Part shown: positions 13,487 through 26,105 of the stretch, piece after piece
How the letters are laid out: each line of letters opens with the position of its first letter
How positions within the stretch are numbered: position 1 is the first letter of the stretch
From: Camelus ferus
Lineage: Eukaryota
DNA length: 64,000 nt
Assembly: GCF_009834535.1 (NCBI RefSeq)
Contig: NC_045696.1
Coordinates: 83,330,001 to 83,394,000 of the forward strand
Direction of reading: 5' to 3'
Position numbers and translations under genes: made by a program
The notes under the pieces: model-generated
Seen by the model: only the letters and a program-made list of their open reading frames with translations
Databases searched by the model: none
Told to the model about the DNA's origin: nothing

Positions 13487-13970
13487 TGTTGACTCAAGTA
13501 CTAACTCATTAAATATACGAAGTAAAATTCATCTCTTACGGCAAGCCAAGAAAAATTTAAACGTAAAAATTTCTTCTCTGTCCTCTGGCCTCCTCTCTCC
13601 TTGCACCATGCATTGTGTATCTGCATTATGCCTTGTACATACCTCCCCCACTGGCAGGAATACCTGCTCAACCATAGACAGCAACATCCTCCCAGCATCA
13701 ACAAAACTCCTTAAAAGGTAACATTTCTTCTTGCCCTTGTAAGGGGTCACATGACCCACCAGGATGACACTTAGATCTGGATTATGTAAACTGTCACTAA
13801 TAGGTCATTTGATGTACAGCCCTCTGTCTCAAAAAAACTTACATACCTGTGCCTTGATTTCTAACTGGCAGAACAGTTCTCAGAGCTTTCTGGATTATAA
13901 TTCTCAATTTCAGTTCAAATAAAATTTTCCATTTCTTTAATGGATCAACTGACTAATTTTTTTGCCGACA
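13487..13970 (+). mobile_element. ERV1-class solo LTR
   Basis: TG...CA termini (tgttgac / gccgaca), AATAAA near 13918, 4-bp flanks aata/acta. Confidence 0.7.
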
Positions 13971-14689
13971 ACTATATTTTTAAAATGTCACAATCGAATC
14001 CTGCAACATAAAACAAAGATCCTTCAATTTTACAAAATACATCTCAGAAACCTTGGTTGTAAGTCTCATTCCCTATTAATATTCATTATAAAATCAAAAG
14101 CATTGTCCCACAGGGTTCAACACATAATACAACTGACTTAAAAGACTGGATAAATTGTGGGTTGAACTTTAAGTGCTATGACAATTGTCATAAAAGACTA
14201 TATTTGGTCTCATGAGAGCTAGAATGTTGGTCTAACACATTTTACTTCACTTTCTGCATACAATTTTACCAGCATGTGAAAACTTACCTTCCTCATCCGG
14301 CATTCCTCTCATCTGGGAGAGCCAGTCCTTCCCACCCTACTCCATTGTTTAGGATTTGCTCCCTACTTTTGTCCTCCTAATAGAGCTAACTTGAAATATC
14401 ATAATTCCCCAGTGTGGGGTCACACGAAATGCTACTCTCTAAAAAATTCTGCTTGAGATAATGTGTTATATAAAATATGGGTTTCTTTTCAATTCTGTAA
14501 ATATTCTATTCTGCCTATTGGATTAGAACATAGGAGACAGAACTTCTTTCAAAAGAGAGAAATTTATATTTATATCCTGTGACCTAGGTTAACCGGTCTG
14601 GTGTTTTATAAAATTAGACCTTTAAAAATTTTTTTAATACAGAAAACATAACAAAATAATAAAATTTCAGATTATAAGAACATTTAAAA

Positions 14690-14880
14690 ATCATCTAATC
14701 CTATCACTTATGCCTAAGCCCCCTTCACAGTTCTCTCACCAAAAAGTTGTTCATTGGTTTCAACATTCCCCAGAAATAAGGAATTCTATCTCCTGATGCA
14801 GCCCCACTCCATTTTCAGGAAAGCTATTACAGAGTTATGGTGAGAGAAGAAATCTGCCTGCTATTCTTTTCATCCCTATT
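14690..14880 (-). mobile_element. L3/CR1 LINE fragment
   Basis: tcctgatgcagccccactccattttcaggaaagctatt resembles the antisense L3 3' region. Confidence 0.5.
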
Positions 14881-15726
14881 CGGAGACCGCACGTGTCTTA
14901 AACCTAGGCTCTGAAATTCAAAACCAACTATTTATTTCCCAACCCTTCCTATCTCTCTTTGTCCCAACCATTCACTGAAAGATGCAATGAAAACTTGAGT
15001 GGGGCTCCCCAAATCCTCAGTTTCCTGCCTACACCCTCAGAAATAGCAAAGATGTTTTCGGAGAGTTTTCATATATAAGTGCTATTAGCCCCATTACCCA
15101 TAAATACGCATTTCAGCAAATTCTATCTCCTAATGTTTCCTGTTTTCTTGTGCATGTTATTATCATGAGCCAGTTTTGTTCTATGTAGAGTTGCACTTCT
15201 GTCTCCCCCTCAAAAGAGTATCTCCAATTACAACAACATATTACTAGTTCTGAGAAGAAGAAACAAGGTGTCACAAGGACAGGGTTTTGAGTTCTGGAGC
15301 ATGACACTAAGAATTTAGCATTCTGTTTTTCACCAAGAGATGTAAAAGCAAACAAAAAATAAACCCCCTGCTCTTCACCATGCGATCAATACAGATGGTT
15401 ACTGGAGTAAGTGATTACAAATAAACTTGGTTCTACTAAACAGAAAACATTCTAAGGAACTGAAATAGATAGTAGTAAAACGTAAGAGCTGATTTATTTT
15501 TAATATAATTTAGCTTCTTTATCAACATAATAGTTTTGCATTAAAAACTGTTTCTGTGTCAAAATTTAAGTAATTATTAGTATGTAATAATCCAGAATTA
15601 TTAAGAATAATTAGTAATTATTAATAATAATCCAAAAACATTAAATTATGGTCCAAATATTATGATCTTACCAAACGTGAGCATTTCATTTTAGTGGAAT
15701 CATATTTATTTAAATGAGGGACAACA

Positions 15727-16227
15727 CCATTTGCAGCAACATGGATGTCCCTGGAGAATGTCATTCTAAGTGAAGTAGGCCAGAAAGAGAAAGAAAAATA
15801 CCATATGAGATTGCTGATATGCGGAATCTAAAAAAAAAAAAAAAAAAAAAGAGAGAGAAAGAAAAAAAAAAAAAGAAAAAGAAAAAGACAAATGAACATA
15901 AATACAAAACAGAAACAGATTCATAGACATAGAATATAAACTTGTGGTTGCCGGAGGCGGCGGGGGTGGGAAGGGACAGACTGGGAGTTTGAAATTTGTA
16001 GATACTGACAAGTACATATAGAATAGATAAACAAGATGATATTGTATAGCACGGGGAAATATATACAAGATCTTGTGGTAGCTCACGGTGAAAAAGTATG
16101 TGACAATGAATATATGTATGTCCATTTATAACTGAAAAATTGTGCTCTACACTGGAAACTGGCACAACATTGTAAACTGACTATAACTCAATAAAATAAA
16201 AATTTAAAAGAATAATAATTAAATAAA
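15727..16227 (+). mobile_element. 5'-truncated young L1 (ORF2 end + 3'UTR + tail)
   Basis: ccatttgcagcaacatggatg...cattctaagtgaagta, internal A-tract, aataaa and tail. 16-bp TSD at 15711-15726 / 16228-16243. Confidence 0.92.
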
Positions 16228-17449
16228 TAAACAAGGGACAACAAAGTTATCTTTTAAGGAAGAGAAAATCTGTCACTTTTCTGATCTTACAATGACAATG
16301 GTTTAGTAAACCTCTTTAAACTATAAATTATGTAATAAAGTATTCAATTATTACTATTAATTTCTCTGAAAGTCAGTCTCTCCTTATGTTTGCTTTACAC
16401 ATAGAACCAGTTTTGCATTTCAACCTTCCATTCTAGTGAAATTCAAAATGAATTTGTTTATTGAAGGTTCAAGGTACAACGGTTTGTTCTCCTGATTTTA
16501 TACAGGTTTTGTCATGATTAATTTGCTTCGGGCTTTTTGTTTTGCTTTGTTTTGCTGATTTGGCTTCATTTTCCGATCCCACCCCTCAGAGTGCTCTGCA
16601 GTCTGTCCTTTGTGGATCAATCTACAGAAATGTGCTTCCCAGCAGCTGCTCAGGTTTTCTACCTGCCATTGGACAAGTTGTTGAAGCAAAACATGTATGG
16701 CTGGAAATATGATGGAAAAAGAAATCTTCTATTTTTCCTTCTCTCATCCATAAAATAAGAGAAGAGGTATTCAGCCAGAAGTACTCTAAAGTAACCACAT
16801 CAAGTGGAGGCACAGAAACCAGCTCTCATTACAGGGAGAGTGATCAAATCTTTCGATGGTGCTGCCCGTCACCTGCTGTGTCAGTGGCCTGGAGAGGAAG
16901 AAGCACTGTGCACAATCACCGTCATGAAGAGGACCTGGGATTCTGTCCAAAATCAAATAAACTGCTGTTAACTTATCAGGAAAGCCTTTGGTTATTCCTT
17001 AATAACTCTATATTCTTCAACCTGAACTTTTCATTCAATGAAATGACATATTATACCATGATAACATTTTCCAATTAGAGTTGAGCATTAAAGCCAAATA
17101 TCATAAGACATTTCACATTTTTGAGAGTTACAGAAAGTTGTTACTGCCTAAAAATGTTTCCATCTCTTTGAATTATTTATGAAAATTATTTCCTTACCTG
17201 GGTGAGTATGACATTTTCAGCTTTACTGTTAAGAGCACAATTCAACCACCCTCTTTGTGAGGCTTTAAGAAAAATGAATATGCACATACGATTCTGCTCT
17301 CACAAAAAAATGGGAGGAGAGGAATCTACTTCAAATTATATACATAATATGCTTATTCTGGGTAGCACTTAGAGAAAAATATACTACATTAGTCTATTAA
17401 CATATGGACCAAGCTACTAGAAATGTGACAGAATTTACACTATAGAAGC

Positions 17450-17640
17450 AGACAGTATGGCTCAGTGTTCAAAGATGGGCTTTGCATCCACTTGGGCTTG
17501 AATTAGAATTCCATTTCTGCTTCACACTAGCAGGATAAATTCAGACAAGTTGCCTAAGCTCTCTGAGCCTCAGTTTTCCCATTGTGAACTGAGGGTTACA
17601 AGGTATACGTCATCAAGTTATTGTAAAGACTAAGTGGTAT
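17450..17640 (+). mobile_element. MIR SINE
   Basis: MIR core: gacaagttgcctaagctctctgagcctcagttttcccattgtgaa. Confidence 0.8.
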
Positions 17641-17644
17641 CACT

Positions 17645-17935
17645 TTATTCATCCAAATTTCTTTCATTTACTATGCATTATGATCTATGTCAGGCAGTAT
17701 TCTAGGTACTAGGGACACAGCAGTGAATAAAAGACATAGACCACAGAGGAGGTGACATTTGTGCTGAGACAATAAAGGACAAAAAGGAACCATGAAGTAA
17801 GGAGCTTTCTAGGGTGACAGACCAGCATCTCAGAAGGAGTTTGACAAGATGGAGTAATTGAAAGGAGGCTTGAGTGGCTGGCAGACCACAGGGAGTGAGG
17901 AAGGCAAGTCTTAGGAGAGAGGGCAAATCCTCCAG
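17645..17935 (-). mobile_element. L2 3' fragment
   Basis: ttattcatcc...tatgtcaggcagtattctaggtactagggacacagcagtgaataaaagaca, the antisense L2 3' end. Confidence 0.75.
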
Positions 17936-18350
17936 GACCTGCTGCTCGCTTGGTCGTAATTGACTAGGACTTGTAGGTTCGCTGGCGCTCAATAAGTCCA
18001 ATACCACCTGTTTCACTCAGCTCAGTCATATCTTCTCATTCCAAAGCTAAGGCTACTTGACCCTTACCATCAATTTTACCTAAATCCGAAGGATTAATCT
18101 TGAAATCAAACAAGAACTGTGAAAAGGCTACAGAATACAGAATATCACGGCGAGTGACACGTTGCCGGGCTAGAGGTTCCTAGTGTGGGTGCCAGTATTC
18201 CACGCAAATGTCCAGATGGGACCAGTCCTACCTTACAGGTGCCTGCCTCATAAGCAAACCAGACCAAGCACACCTTTGCTAGGTAGAGATACCCTCACCA
18301 CAAGAAACAAAGCCACACACGCCCAGTGGGAGAAGCAGAGGCAGAGTAGG

Positions 18351-18953
18351 TGAGACAGGAAGGGGGCAGGGCACAGCCATTCAAGGAATGCCACAGCAAT
18401 TAGCATCAAAATGGTGAAAGGTTCAACCCTCAGTAGGCCTTGAGGCTCAGGATGATGAGATTTAACTTCTAGCAGAACTTGAGCCTTACTATACACCCAT
18501 TGTAATATATTACCATGGTGAATAACATGCCTACAGGCACCATGGCAGTCCCAAGGCTAGACACAAAAGGTCAAAGAGTGGGAAATGGCCAACTTCCGCC
18601 CCATCCCCTTAGACTGGTCCTTCCACTCATTAGCCTATGAAGCCACCAAGCCCATAAAAACCAGCAACAGGGGTGCCTCACGGCTGCCCCTCTCTCTTCA
18701 GAGACGGCCGCATTCTGTCTATGGAATGTGTACCTACTTTTAATCTGAGCACCCAACCCCCACACCTCGTGGCCTTTCTCTTGCCTTTCAATGTATCTCT
18801 CTGAATAAATCTACCTTCACTCAACTGTGGCTCGCACTTGAATTCTTTCCTGCGCGAAGCCAAGGACCCACACCTGGCGGGGCACGTCCCAGGGGCTCAA
18901 CCGAGAACTGGGACACGGCCCTTCTCTTGCCCCACATCTGTTTTCCCGCATCA
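18351..18953 (+). mobile_element. ERV1 solo LTR, MER41-like, relatively young
   Basis: TG...CA termini with a perfect 4-bp TSD tagg (18347-18350 / 18954-18957). TATA-like cataaaa, aataaa near 18804, U5 gaattctttcctgcgcgaagccaaggaccc, retained CpGs. Confidence 0.85.
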
Positions 18954-19073
18954 TAGGGAATATTGAAAAGTTTGAACATTTTCCTAAAAGGTATCTAGTC
19001 ATCCAAAAGAGATCATTAAAATTTAAAGCATCAGTGATCTAAGTGGACAAATTTAAAGTGTGTTGCCTAGCCA

Positions 19074-19651
19074 TGAAGGGGTTCAGAGTATGCCACCCCA
19101 AAATACATCATTCTGGCATAAGGATTATTTTGAGCAGAAGGCAATTTAGAAAAAGCAGACACAAGATGAGATGTCTACCCACCCCCGCATCTGCCTGAAA
19201 GCAGAACATAAATATGTAAGTCCCCCTGGGGAAGATGAGCCTCTGTCCCTGACTTCGGGCACCAGGGAGAACGCTCTGATCCCTGCAGAGGAGACGGCAC
19301 CAGGGAAGAGTCTACACAAACCAACCGCGCTAAGCGGCCCTTCTCTACATTAGTTTCTCCGTATATGTAGCTTTTTCACAATCCACCACTCCTAAACACT
19401 CCAAGGCCTCTTTATGTGTCTTGCCACTTCTCTGCAAGTTTGTTGTTCTTTTATTAAGATGTTTTATAAGCCCAAGTTCTAACTGCCCTTTCAAGTTTTC
19501 ACCAATGAAATCTGTGCCTGTGCACAATGCACATGTTAATAAACTTTGTGTGTCGTTTGTTAATCTGTCTTTTGTCAGTCTCATTTGCAGGACCCCAGAC
19601 ACTGAATCTAAGAAGAATGGAAGAAAAAAAGTCAAGTTTTCCTTTTCTGCA
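19074..19651 (+). mobile_element. MER34A-like ERV1 solo LTR
   Basis: Starts tgaaggggttcagagtatgccaccccaaaata...ggcataaggattattttgagc, has aataaa, ends ca. Flanks gcca/ccca. Confidence 0.85.
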
Positions 19652-21779
19652 CCCATCTACCTTATGTTCAGTAGGATGAAAGCTCATTAGTTCTTGAAAA
19701 TAAAATCAGAAACAATTCTATTTATAAGCCGGTTAATAATGTCTTTCTTTCTAATACATAAGACTTCAAGTCATTTCAATCTGTGTGTATATTATATAAC
19801 AAAATGAAAATATCATATGTGGTATTTGAACAGAATTCTGTGCTGAGAATCCAAAAATAAAAAAGGCAGAGTATATTAACAAGGTACTGCAAGCAGATCA
19901 TTTGCATTAAGAATTTTCAATCAAATCTTAATTTCGATTGCTTATTTATATAAAACAAATGCCTCAAAATCACTTAGGTTTAAAAACAACCAAAAGAATT
20001 GATGCCTTAACTGTAAATATTTCAGACATATAAACTTAACACATAAAAATGGGGTAAAAGACTTCTTAAAGAATATAATATTTATTTCAGTTGATTTCCC
20101 TAACCAATCCAATACATCCTTTCCTCTCTCATGTATAGTGTTGATATTGTAATTGTTTCAGTTATTATTTTTCATTTTCATAGCTTCTTCCCTCTGATGT
20201 AATCCTTTTTTAGGGGAGAGAAGATAACCTAATAGATTTTTCTGTCTTTAATTTCCTGCGTTCTGTGAATTTTTAATGCTAATGCTTTAAAGAATTCCTC
20301 TTATTTAAATAAGATATTTGATAAAAAGTATTCCAGATAATCTTTCTACTAAATCTTTAGCAGCAAAGCTTAAAAAAAAAAAAAGTTATTACCATATGCT
20401 CTTTAATGCCTAAAGCAAAGATCTAGTATGGAATTGAGAATCATAATGAGGTCAATCTCAATTCCATCAATGTAATGTTCTATTAAAATCAAATCCAATC
20501 ACATTCCTCATTTCAACCCAGCATGGCTTGGCTTTGAGGTATGTTCAGAAATGCACTTAAATTAGAAGAGAAACAGTAACATTTTATCATATGAATACCA
20601 CTAATGGCTCAGAAGATTAGCAGTAACACTTTCTGGAGACTTCTACTGAAAATGTACTCTTAATAATATTCCCACACACCTAACTCTAACTGTGGTAGGT
20701 GTGGTTTCAACTAACAATGTTCAGGGGCTCTTGATGAAAAAAAGAAAAGAAGGAAAAACTACTATCAATGAAAACCCCTTAGCCAGAAATCCGCTTCCTT
20801 TTGCCGTTTCACCAGAAAAATGAGTCTTCCTTTACATCATCCCCAACTGAGTGAAATAAAACGTTACAATTCTCAGGTGAGGAATGGGTCGTCCTCGATA
20901 GATTATGCGGTAGAACTAAATTTGTTATTTTTAGGAGGGTTTTGGGCAGATGATGGGAGGAGGGGTTTAAATTTTCTCTACTGCCTAGTAGGAAATACTA
21001 CGAATTCACTACAATTCCGCTATTATCTATACTTTATCTGTATAGATATAGAGCCCACAGGCTCAAAACATCAAGTTACTACAGTCTTTCAATTTGGGTC
21101 TGAAGAAGGCTGGTCTCACCAAAAACAGTTTCAGACTTAACCCTATTACATCAGCAATACATGCATCACTGAGAACAAGGAGCTAAGATAGAAGAGTCCT
21201 TAAATTATGGCAGGAATGTGTTCCTTAATACTTTATTTCTTTTCAATGAATTCACTTTCTTGCGTACCTAAATTATAATAACCAGCACGGTTCTAGACAT
21301 GTCAGATATAGATGTCATGGCCTAATGGAGATTGTAATCTATACCTGAAGACCAGAAATGCAAGGAATTTAAGACCTTTTAAACCGTACATTCTCTGAAA
21401 GGTCATAAAGAAGGAGTCATTTTACATTTGTAGGAACTAAAGCCAGGAATGTTGAAGTATCTTTGGACAAACCACAAAGCTAATTAATATTCTGCTGGGA
21501 CTAGAATCTAGAAGCCTGACTCTCAGCCATCGCTCATTTAAATATAAACAAGGAGAAAGTCTGCCAGAAGGAGGGGATGTTGTGATACAAAGTATGCAGA
21601 CATCAATACTATGAAAACTCAGAGTGGGGGAAAGACTCAGAAAAGGGCCATCGTTTCTCTCCAAACTTCAATTACTGCTGAAATCACCTGCCCCTGGAGT
21701 CTTAATCCCTAATAATTTAAGACAGAGCAGATATGCATTATTCCAAAGTATACTGAAATAAGGGTTCTACTCATGCACT

Positions 21780-22283
21780 TGAGGGAAACCAAAATATGTG
21801 CCCCCAAACATGCCTCTTGGACATAAAAATTATTTTGAGCTGAAGGCAATTAGGAGGTAGCAAACGCGGGAAAAGTTCTCTATCCTCCCTCTGTTCTGCC
21901 TAAAAGCAGGATATAAATTCTCCGTTTACTCAAGATAGATTCTTACCAACGCAGAGATGGCATCAGAGGAATCTGTAAACAATCCCAGCTCCATTAGTTC
22001 CCCCCCATATATTTACCTTCCCACAGTTTGCCGCCCTTGGGAGCCTAAAACCACTTTCCTCTGTCCTGTCGTATCTCCACAAATTTATTGCTCTTTGTTG
22101 AAGACGGTGTACAAACCAGAGTTCTAAGTCACCATTTTGAGCACCTCCTCATGAAAGTTTCTCAGGTGTGATGTGCGCTGCGTGCCTTAATAAACTGTGT
22201 TCCTTTGGTTAATCTATCTTTTTGTTCAAGACTCACAGCTGAAAACTTAACATGGGAAGAGGTCAAGTGTTGTTTCCCCTACA
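21780..22283 (+). mobile_element. MER34-family ERV1 solo LTR
   Basis: tgagggaaaccaaaatatgtgcccccaaa...ttattttgagctgaaggcaatt...aataaac...ccctaca; homologous to 19074-19651. Confidence 0.85.
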
Positions 22284-23056
22284 CATATAAAGTCTTCAAA
22301 AGCTTGAAAAGGCCTTCACCATCCTTAAGCTCTGCAGAGCTGTCAGCTTAAAAGCCAAGCACTGAACTAGACCCTTCTGGAACACATGATACCACGTTTT
22401 AGTGGAAGACAGGAGCTCTTTGCGCATCAATTCTAGGACCCTGTTAGGGATGTCTTCCCAGAGGAGTCATAGCATCTGGGGGCCACACATTGGCCAGCAA
22501 GCTCCACATCTGCTTTATGAAAACAAGTGAAGGTGTGGGAAGAAAAGGCAGGAGGAAGAGGGGAGGCACGAGAGTCAAAATTAGGGAACCTGAAAGATGG
22601 AAACAATTTCAGGTGGGGACCCTAAGGTTTTGGCATCAGCCACACACTTTTTAAAATATTTTAATACTGCTGGTTCCTTGCTATAAAGGTTACCCTGTAA
22701 TGCTAAAAATATGTCTAGCATATTGTGTCTAGTACAATTAAAATTTTTCTAAGACTACCATTTTTACGAGCTCTAGAGAGCAAACGAGGCTTATTTACTT
22801 GTATTAGTACACAAGTTCTATACGCAGTTCTTTATTCGAAATTCAAGTACTGTGTATGTGAACATACTCTTAAATATCTGGTCAGTAATTATGAAAAATG
22901 GTTCAAATATGCTTAAATGTTCAGCCTTCACACGGGGGGATAATTAGGATGAGAGTTGTGGGTACTTGTTTGAAAAAAATAAGGAAAAGCAGAGCAAGAG
23001 GTTGTCTTCCCTGACTCTCTACCCCTGTGAAGTCCTGGAAACACGTATGTTCCCCA

Positions 23057-23178
23057 GAGGGAGAGAGAGAGACAGAGATGGAGAGACACACAGAGAGGGA
23101 GAGAAGGAAGAAGACAGGGAGAGGGGAGGGGAGAGGAGGTAAGAGGAGGGGAAGGGAGGGGGGAGGGAGAGGAGAGGA
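23057..23178 (+). repeat. GA-rich low-complexity polypurine tract
   Basis: About 120 nt of almost pure A/G, with G-runs at 23148-23167. Confidence 0.9.
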
Positions 23179-25839
23179 CCCACAGAGCCTGGGACAACGG
23201 GTCAGCAACTCAGAGTGATTCCATCGGAACCCATGAGATATTGGGAGGGTGGCTGGAAGAGCCGTACCTTTATAACTGAAACAGGGCACAGCATATTTAA
23301 AAGCAGTCTCTTAAGACAGAGGATAAGATATTAAAATATTTACTATGTCACACAAATATTAAAGAATACTTAATGTCACACTCTTCATTACAGTGGAAAA
23401 AATGGGAACTAACCCAAATACAAAAATAATAATAAAATAAACTAAAATACCTCCTATGAGAAAGGGATTGGCAGATGGAAATTCTTACTATGGGAAAAAT
23501 TTTTACTAAGGACTACAAATTGCATCACTATGATGTATATTTAGTGTGCTGCCTTTATTTTCATGTTCATAAAATATTTATATAAAAGCATTCAGTGGAT
23601 TACTCCTTACCTCCTTCTCCCGATCCTATTTTTTTTTCCTCATTAGATCTCAAATAACTCACACTCTCAGTTGGCTACTTGAGAGGTTTTCCGAAACCTA
23701 ATCATTGTGACAAATATACTTCCCATATTTTCTGCTTTGTAATTTATCATTTTGCCTTTGTTAAATTGTTTCTGAAATCCAACCATTCTATTAAATTTTC
23801 CCTGATGTATTATTAAAGAACTATTATTTTCCCACCCTAATTAAGAAGCTTCCATGACTTACCCTTCACTTGCCACTATCCAAAAGATACTCTTTTACTC
23901 TTAAGCAGAATTTTTATAACTCTTGCTAGTATTTCTGCAACTTCATAGGTAGCCTGTATATATTTTTGAAAGTCACCATATTTTTTGTGTTACTCGGGGT
24001 AACCTTTGTTAACTGAATCATATTGACAATGTTCATGTTGATATCACAGAGCTTCTGGTACTTAACAGCACATTTTAATGCCAGTTACTACTTTTCTATC
24101 CATTAATGTGACAAAGCTACAGATTCAAAGTTCTGTATTATTTTCCTCCGATTCTGGGTGCTCAGAAATTTCAACACTTCCAAAGTTTCATGCCTTGCCA
24201 TTCATTACCCATGACCTCTAACCTAGATTTTTACAATCCAAGAAAAAATGTTTATAGGGCAAGATGAAGAAAGCATATAACCTTACTGGTAAATTTTTAA
24301 CAACCTATACGTAAGATGAATCCGGTAAAATTAATGTAGAAATAAATATACTTAATTGCTGAAGGAGGAAGACTTACTCAAGGACATGTAAGCAACTGAT
24401 GGGAGCGAAAATATAAATAAAAGGAAAGGAAAAGGAAGAAATAATAATAATCATATATTTTCTAAATCTCCAAATGCATGTTCCACATCCAAAAAAAAAA
24501 AAAAAAGACCTAGAAACACACACACATACACACCCACCCCACATCACACACTTCTATATCTTTTTCATATGAATGAAGTGCCCCCTGAATTAATTTTACG
24601 ACACAATGTGTTAGGGATGGGAGATGGAATGGAACCTTCAATACAGTCTGTCGCTTTTTGCTGGAATTGTAAGTAACCCCTAAGTCTTCAGAGAGCCGCA
24701 AAGCTTTGCAAATTTCATTGATTTCTTTGATTAATGTAAATTGCAAGTGACTCCATCTTGTGTCAGGCAGCTCTCAGATGGTTCCCGCTGACTCTGCAAT
24801 GAGCCACTACATGGTCCAAAGCACTATAAGGAACACATCGTGTCTTTAACCTCAAGCAATAGAGCTCAATCTGCCTTGTTGTAAATTAAACACACCCCAA
24901 GTCATTGTACTCAAGATTTGAAAAGTTTTCACTTCCTTAAACAGCAAGAGCACGCACTAATAGCACTGCCTTTTATAATTTTGAGAATAAAATCCGTTTG
25001 GGAGGCCTGAGAAGAAAGGTAGCCTTCAAGGTGTAGGCCTCAAAGCAAGGAATGGAAACATAAAAGCTGTTATGGTCTGCTTTTGACATCTTAGAATACA
25101 GAATAATGGTCTCAGCTCCTGTCCTCATTCCTCCTGTGATCAGAGCTCCATTTGCAGTTAATAGCAACTCCTTCTACAGGAGGCCTTTTAGAGGATGTCT
25201 GGATTCTGAACAGAATCTGAGAACTGAAAAGCATCCCTGAATGTAGTCTCTGGGTTGTTCACCACTTGCAGGCTCACAGACAAAGGAGAAAAGGGAAGCA
25301 ATACAATCGGCAGGTATTCCAAGAAGCAAGCCTGAGATGGTATCCAAGTGGCAGGACCCAACACACAAAGATGCAGTCCTCATGCCATGAGGTTCAAGTC
25401 CTGGCCACCTTGCAATTCCTACATTGCACAGCCATGATGATTATAATGTGCGATGGAGTCTGTAAGGCACCTAGGACGGCACCAGGCACCTGTAAATGGT
25501 AACTGTAAGATGACAATGGCAGTGATGATGACGAAGAGAAGGCCGACATGTGATGGCCACTATCATTAAAGCTATTCACAGTCCAGTGGGTTATGCCGTT
25601 TCTGGCCTCGGAGCTTTCAAACACCCTTGTTGGTTTCCTCCTCTCAGCTTCACCAAAATCTCACCTCATCATTCTGAGAAAGTAGCCAAAACAGCAATGC
25701 CGCCAGGGAAACTGCCCTAAACCCATCTAATTTGGATCCCCCTACCTCCACCTCATCAACTTTTTACATCAAGAGTAAAGTGTAAATGGTTCAGTGAAAG
25801 CCACTTGGAGAAGCTAAGTTCTAAAATGGAAATTAAAAA

Positions 25840-26105
25840 CGCTTGGGTTTCCACATATTCTAGACACTGTGTTAAGGGATGAGGATAGATTTATAAATAA
25901 GACACAGTTTCAGGCCATAGAAATGTTCCCAGTCTAGACTTAGAGCAACACCAAGATTGTGGCAAGAGCTGTAACAGAAGTATGTATAAAATTCTGTGAG
26001 AACACAGGAGGGAGAAATTAATTAAGTCAGGGGAAGACAGAAGGAGAAGTTTTATGGAACATTGCAGTTATAAAATAACATCTGAGTTGGACCTTAAATG
26101 GGTGA
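25840..26105 (-). mobile_element. L2 3' fragment
   Basis: tagacactgtgttaagggatgaggatagatttataaataagacacag...catctgagttggaccttaaa. Confidence 0.65.

Noticed and set aside
15761..16165. Poly-Phe ORFs on the minus strand
   Set aside because: Antisense reading of an L1 3'UTR A-tract.
19074..22283. Provirus bounded by two MER34 LTRs
   Set aside because: The LTRs are diverged, the outer flanks form no TSD, and there is no PBS or gag/pol remnant between them.
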